A stretch of 64,000 nucleotides of DNA from Amphiscolops sp. MND2022 (Eukaryota). Shown here piece after piece: positions 22,358-34,250 of the stretch. Location of the stretch: the NCBI GenBank assembly GCA_964187785.1, contig OZ076410.1:12710001-12774000 (forward strand), written 5' to 3'. The translations under genes and the position numbers were made by a program. The notes under the pieces are model-generated. The model saw nothing but the letters and a program-made list of their open reading frames with translations. It was not told the DNA's origin and searched no databases. Within the stretch, counting starts at the first letter, position 1. The number at the start of each line of letters is the position of its first letter.

Positions 22358-24671
22358 CGAGTAATTGTAATAGTTAATAGTTGGACTCTTTCATTCCAAA
22401 AGCGCCGACTTAAAATATGGGCTGATACCTTGAGGTGAAATGATGGACTGCCAAAAAATATTCGGTTTTTACACAGCATTGAACACAGACAGGAAGAGGA
22501 AGTTAGAAGCATAGTATTTACTACTGTGGGACAATAGACTACGTGTGTTTGAACACCCTGTAATTACGCACTCTGCTTAATTACACACAATTTTCAAGTG
22601 CCGTCTTGTCTATTACATGGAAGTTTACTACGCATAATTGCACAATCCACAAAATACTCCGCCTTTCTCGTGGATTATGGGGTGTGCAATGACACGAAAC
22701 CTACTGTATTACAGGCTCGAAAATGCGCAGTGACACCAAAATATTTCCAAGGGGAGCCTTTTGGCGTAAAGAAAAGACATTTACCAATTATTATCACAAA
22801 AACTGAAGTTGAAAACTTTTCGTAAAACTGATTGTTCAAAATTACCACCACGATCGTCCTACAGATCAAAAAAATTTGAAGATATTGCCCTTGAGACTCG
22901 GAAAACGGTTTTGCTTGACAGAAAATCACAAAAATCAAGCTTTTTCGTATAATTTGTTTTGGGAAAAATTTCTTTTGCGAGTTGCACAGCGCCAAAAATT
23001 TCGAAACACGTCGAAAAATCATGGAAAAAGAAAATCTTCGAAATTCAACAAAGATCTTGTAGAAACATTTCGGCTAGGCAACGATTGAGTTTCAAGTATT
23101 GATTTTGGTCTATTTCTCGGAACACGCTCAATTTATTTTCGAGGGCAGGGTTGTTCTGAAAGTTGCTACGCAACACCGTATGCCGTGATAACTTAATTGT
23201 CATTTCGCCCTTTTTTTGCGGAAACAAATCAAGTTCACGCAAATTTCTGAGCTGCATTCCTGAGCGTATGAAAACATGAAACGACGCATCCTGTTTACAA
23301 ATGTCTTCAGAAACGAGATTATGCATCGAAGCTTCTTTGGTAATACGCTTAAGCGTATTGGTATGCGACTTTTTCCTATTCCTTTTCTATGCAATGGTGC
23401 TGTCAAGTGAAATAGAAATACATTCAACAAAAACATTCGCGTACCGGTATTTTGATGTGACTGACGGTCTATCGCATATTATACAGTATTACCTATTTAC
23501 CCCTTCATTTTAACCCCCGTTTCCCGCGGTTTCTGAGCATACTTCTCCATTTTTGGAATGTCTTCTGCTACCGACGATGGAACAGAAGACAGAATGAATG
23601 CATTATAAACGGAACCCATGTTATATACGTTTTCACCCCTATCCCTTAGCGGCAAATCTCTCGCTACAGCTAAGCTGATTAGCTTTTCTTTGTGAACGAA
23701 CGTTCCTCGCTAACTATTAGCATTAACAAACAACGCAAAGACACAGCGCTTCAACGTTTTTGAAGCTCCATCCGCTATTTACATCTCATTTCGATAATTC
23801 CTTCCTGTTTCATGCGGTGCGGTGAAAAAAGAGAAAAATGAACGAAAAAAGGGGAAAATGGTATGGTGGTTTTTTCTGTAGCTTAACACGATGCATTATT
23901 ACCGCTTCTCGTAATTTGCATTTTGTTACCGTTTTTTATCCGTCTTAAAATTTGTCAGAAACGTCACTGCTTAGTAGCTGCTTTTTTCTTGCAATTTTTG
24001 TGCTATGAGCCCGTGCCGCCGAATGCATTATATTAATTTTGTCGCATTTTCCTTGTTCTGAAGAAGTAGTGGTGAAGTACCAATTGCGGCTAAGATCGCT
24101 TTCCTCGCAAACTAAAGTAAAAACACCACACAGTGCTATTAAAACATAGCATCAGAAGCAAGATATAAAATGCGAACCGCTCCAAAATGCGAGAATGATC
24201 TGCTATTTTTGAGGCATTGAATTGAACAACGCACTACAGCAAATTTGGCGCAAAAAGAGCAACATTTTGGGAATACTTGTCGGAGAAGAACGGCGACCAA
24301 AACGACGATATTGGGAACAATCAATTTTTACCGCCGGAGAGAGTGAACAAAAAAAAACAAATCACGTGTATGCAGGGTCGCTTGTGACGACGCGTGAGTA
24401 GCCACCCTATCCGGATCTTTGGCCGGAGCTGCCACTGGATGTATCTGGTAACCCGACCAACTCACTTGTGAAGCACACTTTTTAGCCCACCCGGTGACCG
24501 GCAGACCCCACAGTAGAAACCGATTCAAAGTGAGTAAATTATCACTTCATTCGCTCAATATTTCGAAATACTTTGTAATTTTTACCTACCCAGGTCTGGT
24601 TGATAAGACCTCCACGTAATTGCATGATTTGGAATGAAAAATTCCATACTTCTAAAGTAGTTGTCGAAATT

Positions 24672-25257
24672 GGGAGTCACAGATTTCGTCCCAAACAGAT
24701 TTCGTCCCACATGGAAATTTTGACAGATTTCGTCCCACACAGATTTCGTCCCATTTTTTAACATTAAAACAGATTTCGTCCCATTTTTGACAGATTTCGT
24801 CCCAAATAATAATTATAACGTAGTCAGCTATGTTCACATACCCCTAGTGCCCTAAATGCAGGAGCGAAGCGAAGCGGAGCGACGTGCCATATGGCCATGC
24901 CTCAATGTTGCTTTTTGGCGAAGGGAGCGAAGCGACTGAGCCATACAACAAATATGCTAACCTCTTCAAAAAAATCAAGTTCCATACATATTGGCTGTAA
25001 CAGCACCGAATGAAGAATCACCGAATAGATTATACCAATTAGCGCTTAATTTTGTGTATAGCATAGAATCATTTCCCATACTATTAGTAATCCGGGACAA
25101 AATCTGTCAAAAATGGGACGAAATCTGTCTAAAGTGGGACGAAATCTGTGTGGGACGAAATCTGTCAAAAATGGGACGAAATCTGTTAAAAATGGGACGA
25201 AATCTGTCAAAATTCGACGTGGGACGAAATCTGTCTGGGACGAAATCTGCCACATTC
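24672..25257. mobile_element. Foldback/MULE-like element with inverted arms built of CAGATTTCGTCCCA repeats
   Basis: Left arm 24672-24805 carries GATTTCGTCCCA units; right arm ~25092-25257 carries the complement TGGGACGAAATC. G termini. Flanks GTCGAAATT (24663-24671) and GTCGAAATC (25258-25266) form a 9-bp TSD, 8/9 match. Confidence 0.75.
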
Positions 25258-25765
25258 GTCGAAATCACGTTCCCAGTCTAGCGAAAAAATTGCAATAAAA
25301 ACGGGTACTATTATTTTTTCAATAATTTGATGCTTATTTTTGATTTTATCGCTTTCAAGGCATAATTTCGATGATTTAGTACCTAATTTTATTAGGTGCC
25401 TGATTTTTCTTTGCTTGGTGCCATTTTTTATTGGCCGAGATCTGGATCTCTACAACTACTTTCTAATGTCTCGGATCCGACAGAGTACGCATTCAGTACG
25501 TGATTATGAAATGAATATAGGGGCAATTGCTTCTTTAAACCACGGAAATACAGTATGGAAGTTCAAAGTTCTAAAAACGTATGTTTTTGCGGTCATTGAA
25601 GTTAGGCAATTTTGTGTAGACTCTAAGTGTAGAAGCAATGGACCCAGAACTAGCTTCAGAAAGTTCAAGAAATCAAGCATGGATAGAGTTCAGAACAATA
25701 TGACCCCGAAGAGCAAGTTGTTTGAGTGAGCAGCATTGCTCATTAGGTGAACCAAAGGACCCAAA

Positions 25766-26717
25766 AACAAGCTGGGAACAGCATAAGTCGGCGCTATATC
25801 TAAGGCTCAAAAATAGCAAAAAACATGAAAGTGTCAAAAAACTCAAAGTCAAAATAACAAAAAAGTATCAAACTCACGAAAAAAAAACCAAACGACGGAG
25901 CTGGCGCGCTAAAAGGGGGGATCCTTTTGCGTTTTTTAACATCCATTGTTGCAAAACATCAAAAAATTGAAGGGTGAAAAAAAATGGTGGAAAACAATTA
26001 CCGAAAAAAAGCCTCACAATGCCGAAAAAAACTGACAGGGGGGCCCTTTGGGATTTTTCAACATCCATTCTGCCACAAAACATCAAAAAATTGAAGGGGG
26101 GACCCTTTGGGGAAAAATTTGTTCGAAAAAAAGTCTCACAATCCCGAAAAAAAACTGAAAGGGGGACCCTCTCCCGGTATGGTATGTTACACGGAAAAAG
26201 AGGAAAAACTTTTTTGGTTCAGTTCGCTAGGCCAAATGAGTCAATTTGGGACCATAAAACTGTGTAGAACTTTTAGGAACTATTTTGGCCAGTTCGTGTG
26301 GATTGAAAACCAGAGCCTCATATGCGGTAAAGGAGTCGGCTTAAGTCTTTTTCCTTCTGACTCGCTTTCGTTCGAATCGTATGAACAGTTTGTGAGAAAA
26401 TCGAAAAAATCGAAAAATGGCTGTTTTTTGGCCATTTTTGGGCTAATTTTGGCTATGTTTCTCACATCCCAGCCATACGATTTTGATGCCTTTGCACACG
26501 CAGGGGCCCCTTTGGGTGTAGAATGACTGTGCAAACTTTCGTGAAAATCGTATGGACAGTTTTTGAGAAATTTGAAACTTTCATGAAAAGGTCGGGAGAA
26601 AAAAACAAAAAACAGCACGATTGCATAAGTAGTCGAAAATTTTTTCCGACTTCTAAAAAAAAAGAAAACAATCACTATAATAGTCGCGTTTCACTTCATG
26701 ATGCGCAGACTGAAAAA
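25766..26717 (+). mobile_element. Most complete copy of the abundant HINE/DINE-1-like element
   Basis: Head AACAAGCTGGGAACAGCATAAGTCGGCGCTATATCTAAGGCTC; internal AAAGGGGGACCCTT and AAAGTCTCACAATGCCGAAAAAA repeats; tail CTATAATAGTCGCGTTTCACTTCATGATGCGCAGACTG. Further heads at 17572, 36795, 38798, ~47030 (+) and 36272, ~40088, ~41710, 48284 (-). Confidence 0.7.
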
Positions 26718-27344
26718 CGGAATGCATGAAAATTTTGAGCTCTCTAAGTTTCAAATGTGTCAACAGTTGTTTCAAAACAACTCTGAACATTGCAATTCAG
26801 TTGGTCAGTCATTCAATTGACATTTTTTCTTCGAAGCAAATGAAATTTCACACATCAGAAGTGTGAACGAAATGACTGGTAAAGACGTCTTCACTTTTTC
26901 TGAAGGTTCGGATTGTTCTTTGTTGAAGATTTGATTACGTAATGGGAGAACGATTGGCAGAGAAAAAAAGAAAGATTTTCAGTGACTTGTTTACATTTAT
27001 TACGATTCTGAAGAGTGAAGTTTCTATGCGGTCCTTTTTTGGTTCACCTAGTAGAATGCACACTTTGATGGCTTTTACAGTTTTAATGCATGCTATTCGT
27101 GGGTAAGAAATGTTGAGTTACCACTATTGAAGTCAATGAGTTTCTCACCCATGAAGTTCTTGCGACTAGTTAACTATTTAGTGGTTTTTAGCACCAGAGA
27201 TACTCGAGAATTAAACATAAGCTGCTCATGATTCAGGAGAACTTCCATTTATGGACGGACTACGGCTTTTGAAAAGTGTAGGTCGGCATCAGTTTCTTGA
27301 TACCAGGAATCTTCACCGGGTGGGTCTTACAGATTTATGTTCTT

Positions 27345-30030
27345 AACAATTCGTCCCAAGTGATAATTCGCCCCAAATTCCAAAAGCCGACAATTCGTCC
27401 CAAGCGACAATTCATCCCAAATTCCGAAAAGCGGCAAATCGTCCCAAGCGACAATTCGTCCCAAGCGACAATTCCTCCCAAGCGACAATTCGTCCCAAGT
27501 GATAATTCGCCCCAAATTCCAAAAGCCGACAATTCGTCCCAAGCGACAATTCGTCCCAAGCGATAATTCGCCCCAAATTCCAAAAACCGACAATTCGTCC
27601 CAAGCGATAATTCGCCCCAAATTCCAAAAACCGACAATTCGTCCCAAGCGACAATTCGTCCCAAGTGATAATTCGCCCCAAATTCCAAAAGCCGACAATT
27701 CGTCCCAAGCGACAATTCGTCCCAAGCGACAATTCGTCCCAAGTGATAATTCGCCCCAAATTCCAAAAGCCGACAATTCGTCCCAAGCGACAATTCGTCC
27801 CAAGCGATAATTCGCCCCAAATTCCAAAAACCGACAATTCGTCCCAAGCAACAATTCGTCCCAAATTCCGAAAAGCGGCAAATCGTCCCAAGCGACAATT
27901 CGTCCCAACCGACAATTCGTCCCAAGTGATAATTCGTCCCAACCGACAATTCGTCCCAAGTGATAATTCGCCCCAAATTCCAAAAACCGACAATTCGTCC
28001 CAAGCAACAATTCGTCCCAAATTCCGAAAAGCGGCAAATCGTCCCAAGAGACAATTCGTCCCAAGCGACAATTCGTCCCAAGCGACAATTCCTCCCAAGC
28101 GACAATTCGTCCCAAGTGATAATTCGCCCCAAATTCCAAAAGCCGACAATTCGTCCCAAGCGACAATTCGTCCCAAGTGATAATTCGCCCCAAATTCCAA
28201 AAACCGACAATTCGTCCCAAGCGACAATTCGTCCCAAGTGATAATTCGCCCCAAATTCCAAAAGCCGACAATTCGTCCCAAGCGACAATTCGTCCCAAGC
28301 GATAATTCGCCCCAAATTCCAAAAACCGACAGTTCGTCCCAAGCAACAATTCGTCCCAAATTCCGAAAAGCGGCAAATCGTCCCAAGCGACAATTCGTCC
28401 CAAGCGACAATTCGTCCCAAGCGACAATTCGTCCCAAGCAACAATTCGTCCCAAATTCCGAAAAGCGGCAAATCGTCCCAAGCGACAATTCGTCCCAAGC
28501 GACAATTCGTCCCAAGCGACAATTCGTCCCAAGTGATAATTCGCCCCAAATTCCAAAAACCGACAATTCGTCCCAAGCAACAATTCGTCCCAAATTCCGA
28601 ACAGCGGCAAATCGTCCCAAGCGACAATTCGTCCCAACCGACAATTCGTCCCAAGTGATAATTCGCCCCAAATTCCAAAAGCCGACAATTCTTCCCAAGC
28701 TACAATTCGTCTCAAGGGACAATTCGTCCCAAATTCCAAAATGCGGAAATTCGACCCAAGCGGCAACTCGTCCCAAGCGGCAACTCGTCCCAAGCGGCAA
28801 CTCGTCCCAAGCGGCAACTCGTCCCAAGCGGCAACTCGACCCAAGCGGCAACTCGTCCCAAGCGGCAATTCGTCCCAACCGACAATTCGTCCCAAGTGAT
28901 AATTCCCCCCAAATTCCAAAAGCCGACAATTCTTCCCAAGCGACAATTCGTCTCAAGGGACAATTCGTCCCAAATTCCAAAAAGCGGCAATTCGACCCAA
29001 GCGGCAACTCGTCCCAAGCGGCAACTCATCCCAAGCGGCAACTCGACCCAAGCGGCAACTCGTCCCAAGCGGCAACTCGTCCCAAGCGGCAACTCGTCCC
29101 AAGCGGCAACTCGTCCCAAGCGGCAACTCGTCCCAAGCGGCAACTCGTCCCAAGCGGCAACTCGTCCCAAGCGGCAACTCGTCCCAAGCGGCAACTCGTC
29201 CCAAGCGGCAACTCGTCCCAAGTGATAATTCGCCCCAAATTCCAAAAGCCGACAATTCTTCCCAAGCGACAATTCGTCTCAAGGGACAATTCGTCCCAAA
29301 TTCCAAAAAGCGGCAATTCGACCCAAGCGGCAACTCGTCCCAAGCGGCAACTCGTCCCAAGCGGCAACTCGTCCCAAGCGGCAACTCGTCCCAAGCGGCA
29401 ACTCGACCCAAGCGGCAACTCGTCCCAAGCGGCAACTCGTCCCAAGCGGCAACTCGTCCCAAGCGGCAACTCGTCCCAAGCGGCAACTCGTCCCAAGCGG
29501 CAACTCGTCCCAAGCGGCAACTCGTCCCAAGCGGCGGCAATTCGTCCCAACCGACAATTCGTCCCAAGTGATAATTCGCCCCAAATTCCAAAAGCCGACA
29601 ATTCTTCCCAAGCGACAATTCGTCTCAAGGGACAATTCGTCCCAAATTCCAAAAAGCGGCAATTGGACCCAAGCGGCAACTCGTCCCAAGCGGCAACTCG
29701 TCCCAAGCGGCAACTCGTCCCAAGCGGCAACTCGACCCAAGCGGCAACTCGTCCCAAGCGGCAACTCGTCCCAAGCGGCAACTCGTCCCAAGCGGCAACT
29801 CGTCCCAAGCGGCAACTCGTCCCAAGCGGCAACTCGTCCCAAGCGGCAATTCGTCCCAACCGACAATTCGTCCCAAGTGATAATTCGCCCCAAATTCCAA
29901 AAGCCGACAATTCTTCCCAAGCGACAATTCGTCTCAAGGGACAATTCGTCCCAAATTCCAAAAAGCGGCAATTCGACCCAAGCGGCAACTCGTCCCAAGC
30001 GGCAATTCGTCCCATTTGGAAAAAGCGACA
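27345..30030. repeat. 17-bp-unit satellite (GCGACAATTCGTCCCAA / GCGGCAACTCGTCCCAA) with 27-bp variant units and higher-order structure
   Basis: About 2.7 kb of continuous units. Variants GTGATAATTCGCCCCAA and ATTCCAAAAGCCGACAATTCGTCCCAA recur periodically. One inverted unit, GTCGCTTGGGACGAAC, lies at ~30253-30268. Confidence 0.97.
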
Positions 30031-30775
30031 CTTCGTCCCAAAGTGTTCATCTGATCAGCTAATTAACAAGAATTTGAAAACTGAAATCAGAATTGAACAA
30101 ATAAACTACAAAATTTGCCAGAAAAGGTCATATTAATTGGTGTTGATTGTTGGTACCTGCCTCTAAATGCAATATTTCCGGATTCATTATTACAAAGGTT
30201 TGGCATTATACATGAATTGGCAATTCAATTGGGTCCGGATTGCAGCTAATTGTCGCTTGGGACGAACTGTCGCTTTAACGATTCTCAACAAACCATAAGC
30301 ATTGCTGCTGTCAATCAACTGATAACGCAACTATCATTGTTGCATTCTGAACCCTGAGTTTTCACGAGTTTTCCAACACTCTCCGAAATGCTCCAAAATT
30401 TTATATTTGCTACGGTATACCAGAGTTTTGACACCGCCAATTAGCAAAAATTTTGGCGAATTAGCGGCCGAGTAGAATTTTTTTCAGCAATCCAACTTAG
30501 CGGCAACTGATTGTTCAACTTTGAAACATACTTTATAAAGTCAGACATTTAATAGTTTCAAGAAGAAGTTTGTCAGCGAATTAGCAATTTTGAAATTAGC
30601 GGTTTTCCGATTAGTGGAAAAATGGAACGACTGCAGAGAACTTTTGTAACTTTCGACACTCTCAGAAGTTCTGTCTTTTGGAGGCATTTAATCACACCTT
30701 TCTCATTTTAGTTTTTTTTCAAAAACAAACATTCAGATATTTTAAGAATTCTTCAGTAACGAATATTAAATTTTT

Positions 30776-32888
30776 GTCATTTTAATCTCAAAAAAAAAAT
30801 TCTGCCTTCTCAGTATAAACTAGATTGTAGCAAAATGAATGACGTTTTTCCTTTGCTATATAAAAATATAGGCGAAAATCGATAAACAAGACCTAACCAA
30901 GGTTTCCATGAACCAACCAACTTATGCAAGATTTCGGTAAGTTAGTTTGGGAATATTCTAAAATGGTGATCTTCTTGAAAACACTATATTCGGTTTTAAA
31001 GCATCGACAGACATTGAAACTAGCATTAGATTACTCATTCTCTAAAGTTCTTGTTCAAATAAATTTAATCGTTTTTTTTTGCAGTCTACTTGAAAATTTC
31101 ACAGAGGAAAAGTTCTAGAACTGAGATTTAAAAAACCAAAAGGTTTATAAAGTGTTGAAGTATTTCGCTCAGTGAATAAGTGCATCACAATTTACTTGAG
31201 TTGCATCGAAAAAGTCCAGTTTTTCAACAGCTTGATTTTTTATAACGATTTAGATTCTGAAACCCAGTGAGAAAAATCTTGCAATTTTTGAGAAGAATCT
31301 TGCTTACTCTCAAACCTTTTGTAAGAATCTTGCAAGATTTTGTAATCTCACTTTGCAAGATTTCAACCGAGCGCGTCAAGAATATACATGATCTTGGGAG
31401 ATCTTATTGGAAATTCTTTCAACTTTTTACAACAAAAACTCTGGATTACAAAACAACTAGAAATCCAAGAATTACCAAAACAATCTTGTCAAGAACTCCA
31501 AGAAAACCAAGAATGAGCTGGAGAAACAAAAGGTTTCAAGCTTTCAACGTACAACTTAGCCCAGTGTCAATGAATCCGGACCACTGATTTATCGGGACAA
31601 AATATGAAATCTTTGGAGTGATGATGACAACATGATCTAGAATTGCTGTAGATTGGAAAATCCTGCAGTAAGATATAAAATTCCTGGGAATAAAACTGAA
31701 AACACTGGGAATAAGCAGTAAATTGTTTTGAGATAAGATCTGAAGACACTGTAGAATAAGACTAACACCCCCCAAAAAGATACCTAGAACCCTGCGGAAT
31801 ACGATTTGAAATCACTGACACACTACACAGTGTCATTTTAATCTCATAAAAAAAATTCTGCCTTCTCAGTATAAACTAGATTGTAGCAAAATGAATGACG
31901 TTTTTCCTTTGCTATATAAAAATATAGGCGAAAATCGATAAACAAGACCTAACCAAGGTTTCCATGAACCAACCAACTTATGCAAGATTTCGGTAAGTTA
32001 ATTTGGGAATATTCTAAAATGGTGATCTTCTTGAAAACACTATATTCGGTTTTAAAGCATCGACAGACATTGAAACTAGCATTAGATTACTCATTCTCTA
32101 AAGTTCTTGTTCAAATAAATTTAATCGTTTTTTTTTGCAGTCTACTTGAAAATTTCACAGAGGAAAAGTTCTAGAACTGAGATTTAAAAAACCAATAGGT
32201 TTATAAAGTGTTGAAGTATTTCGCTCAGTGAATAAGTGCATCACAATTTACTTGAGTTGCATCGAAAAAGTCCAGTTTTTCAACAGCTTGATTTTTTATA
32301 ACGATTTAGATTCTGAAACCCAGTGAGAAAAATCTTGCAATTATTGAGAAGAATCTTGCTTACTCTCAAACCTTTTGTAAGAATCTTGCAAGATTTTGTA
32401 ATCTCACTTTGCAAGATTTCAACCGAGCGCGTCAAGAATTTACATGATCTTGGGAGATCTTATTGGAAATTCTTTCAACTTTTTACAACAAAAACTCTGG
32501 ATTACAAAACAACTAGAAATCCAAGAATTACCAAAACAATCTTGTCAAGAACTCCAAGAAAACCAAGAATGAGCTGGAGAAACAAAAGGTTTCAAGCTTT
32601 CAACGTACAACTTAGCCCAGTGTCAATGAATCCGGACCACTGATTTATCGGGACAAAATATGAAATCTTTGGAGTGATGATTACAACATGATCTAGAATT
32701 GCTGTAGATTGGAAAATCCTGCAGTAAGATATAAAATTCCTGGGAATAAAACTGAAAACACTGGGAATAAGCGGTAAATTGTTTTGAGATAAGATCTGAA
32801 GACACTGTAGAATAAGATTACACCCCCCAAAAAGATACCTAGAACCCTGCGGAATACGATCTGAAATCACTGACACACTACACAGTGT
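30776..32888. repeat. Near-identical two-copy tandem duplication, period 1056 bp
   Basis: 30924 vs 31980 and 31267 vs 32323 are offset by 1056; ~11 differences by eye (~99%); short TGT microhomology at the junction. Confidence 0.95.
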
Positions 32889-34157
32889 GGCAACATAGCG
32901 ATACGATATAACAATCAGTTCAACTCGGTGATATCCGAAGGCTGAAAAAGTCCAAATAATTGTTTTCAAAAGGTTTTCGTTCTTCTTCAAATTTTTTAAT
33001 AACCGAAAACAATTTTAAAAGTCAAACGGGACGCCTTCTAAAAAAAGTTCTCTCTCAAAGTTCTAGGTTTGTAACAAGGTTTGTAATAAATCACTAACAA
33101 AGTGTAACAAACGGAGCAATGACGTCTATGATTTCCATGCGTTTCCATGCACGGAATCATATGGTTTCATGCACGAAAACGCAGGGAACCATATGTTGTT
33201 TCGTATGGAATCATACGAACCTAACACAACATTTAGTTAGCAGGTATGATAACTTTATTTTATATGATAACTTTACTTTCCAGAACAAGATTTGAGTTTT
33301 ACCAATTTAGGATTTATGACTCATTTTCGTTGTGTACATAATATGAGTGGGTCATTTGTTGTCCAAGCAACATTGAGGCTGTTTTTCAAACGTCGGCTCA
33401 CTTATACAAAAAAGTCAATTTCAGACTTTACCAAAATTACACTTCTAGAGATATTATTTTTCTGGATTTCGCACTTTTTGGGTTCTTTACTATGTGCGAT
33501 TCTATATATCCAGCCATGTCCGTTGAGTTAATGGTAAATTCACGAAATTGAAATGACTGGAATAAGATTTTGTCTTCAAGCATCTTCCCATTAATTCGAA
33601 ACTTGGATCTCTTTCACTATATTCCCCCTACAGCAAAAAGGGGGGACAAAGTGAAACGCTATTGAATACATGTATTGCACATTTTAATAGCGCAGATCTG
33701 CTCTTATTTAAAAACGCTTCTGATTGGCTGAGTGGGGATTTTGATAATAAGAGCCAATAAAAAGTGTCGATAGTTATAACGACATCAATTGATTGACAGA
33801 AGAGCATGAGAGATCAGCCAAAAGATGGATATAAATGAGCCACAAACATTCTTAGGGGGGACATAGGGGGAACATTTATCTAGGGGGTACATAGTGTAAC
33901 GAGTGATATAGGGGGAGACTCGAAAGAGTGAAAGAGATCCCGAAACTTCTAAAAAATCGCAAGGATCAGGGTCTTGTGGGATGCAAGCTGTTTTGTTTTG
34001 GATCACTCAATTCAATTGCCAGTTTATTTTGCACTTATAATTTTACAAAAAACTTTATAAAGTATGTCATAATTCCATGCATGGAATCATATGGTCCCAA
34101 CAATTCTATGCATGGAAACTGCATCAAATTGTTGTATGGATCCATATGGTTCCATGG

Positions 34158-34250
34158 ATGGAATTGCATGGAATTGCATGGAATTGCATGGAATTGCATG
34201 GAATTGCATGGAATTGCATGGAATTGCATGGAATTGTATGGAATTGCATG
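34158..34250. repeat. (GGAATTGCAT)n decamer microsatellite, ~9 copies
   Basis: Direct inspection; embedded in CATG-rich flanks that are related to 33130-33215. Confidence 0.95.

Noticed and set aside
23045-23436. Minus-strand ORFs with protein-like composition
   Set aside because: No motif I can assign and frames are broken; a profile search is needed before any call.
25874-26729. Cluster of 70-139-aa ORFs
   Set aside because: They lie inside the HINE-like repeat; similar chance ORFs occur in its other copies.
27345-30030. CRISPR-like appearance of the repeat array
   Set aside because: No unique spacers and no cas genes; eukaryotic context.
27297-30136. Many long ORFs (up to 632 aa) with LRR-like periodic sequence
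   Set aside because: They overlap in several frames on both strands, as expected for a nearly stop-free 17-bp satellite; there is no unique domain, and the starts are TTG/GTG.
32879-32890. CACAGTG heptamer suggesting a Transib/RSS end
   Set aside because: No matching inverted partner or TSD found.
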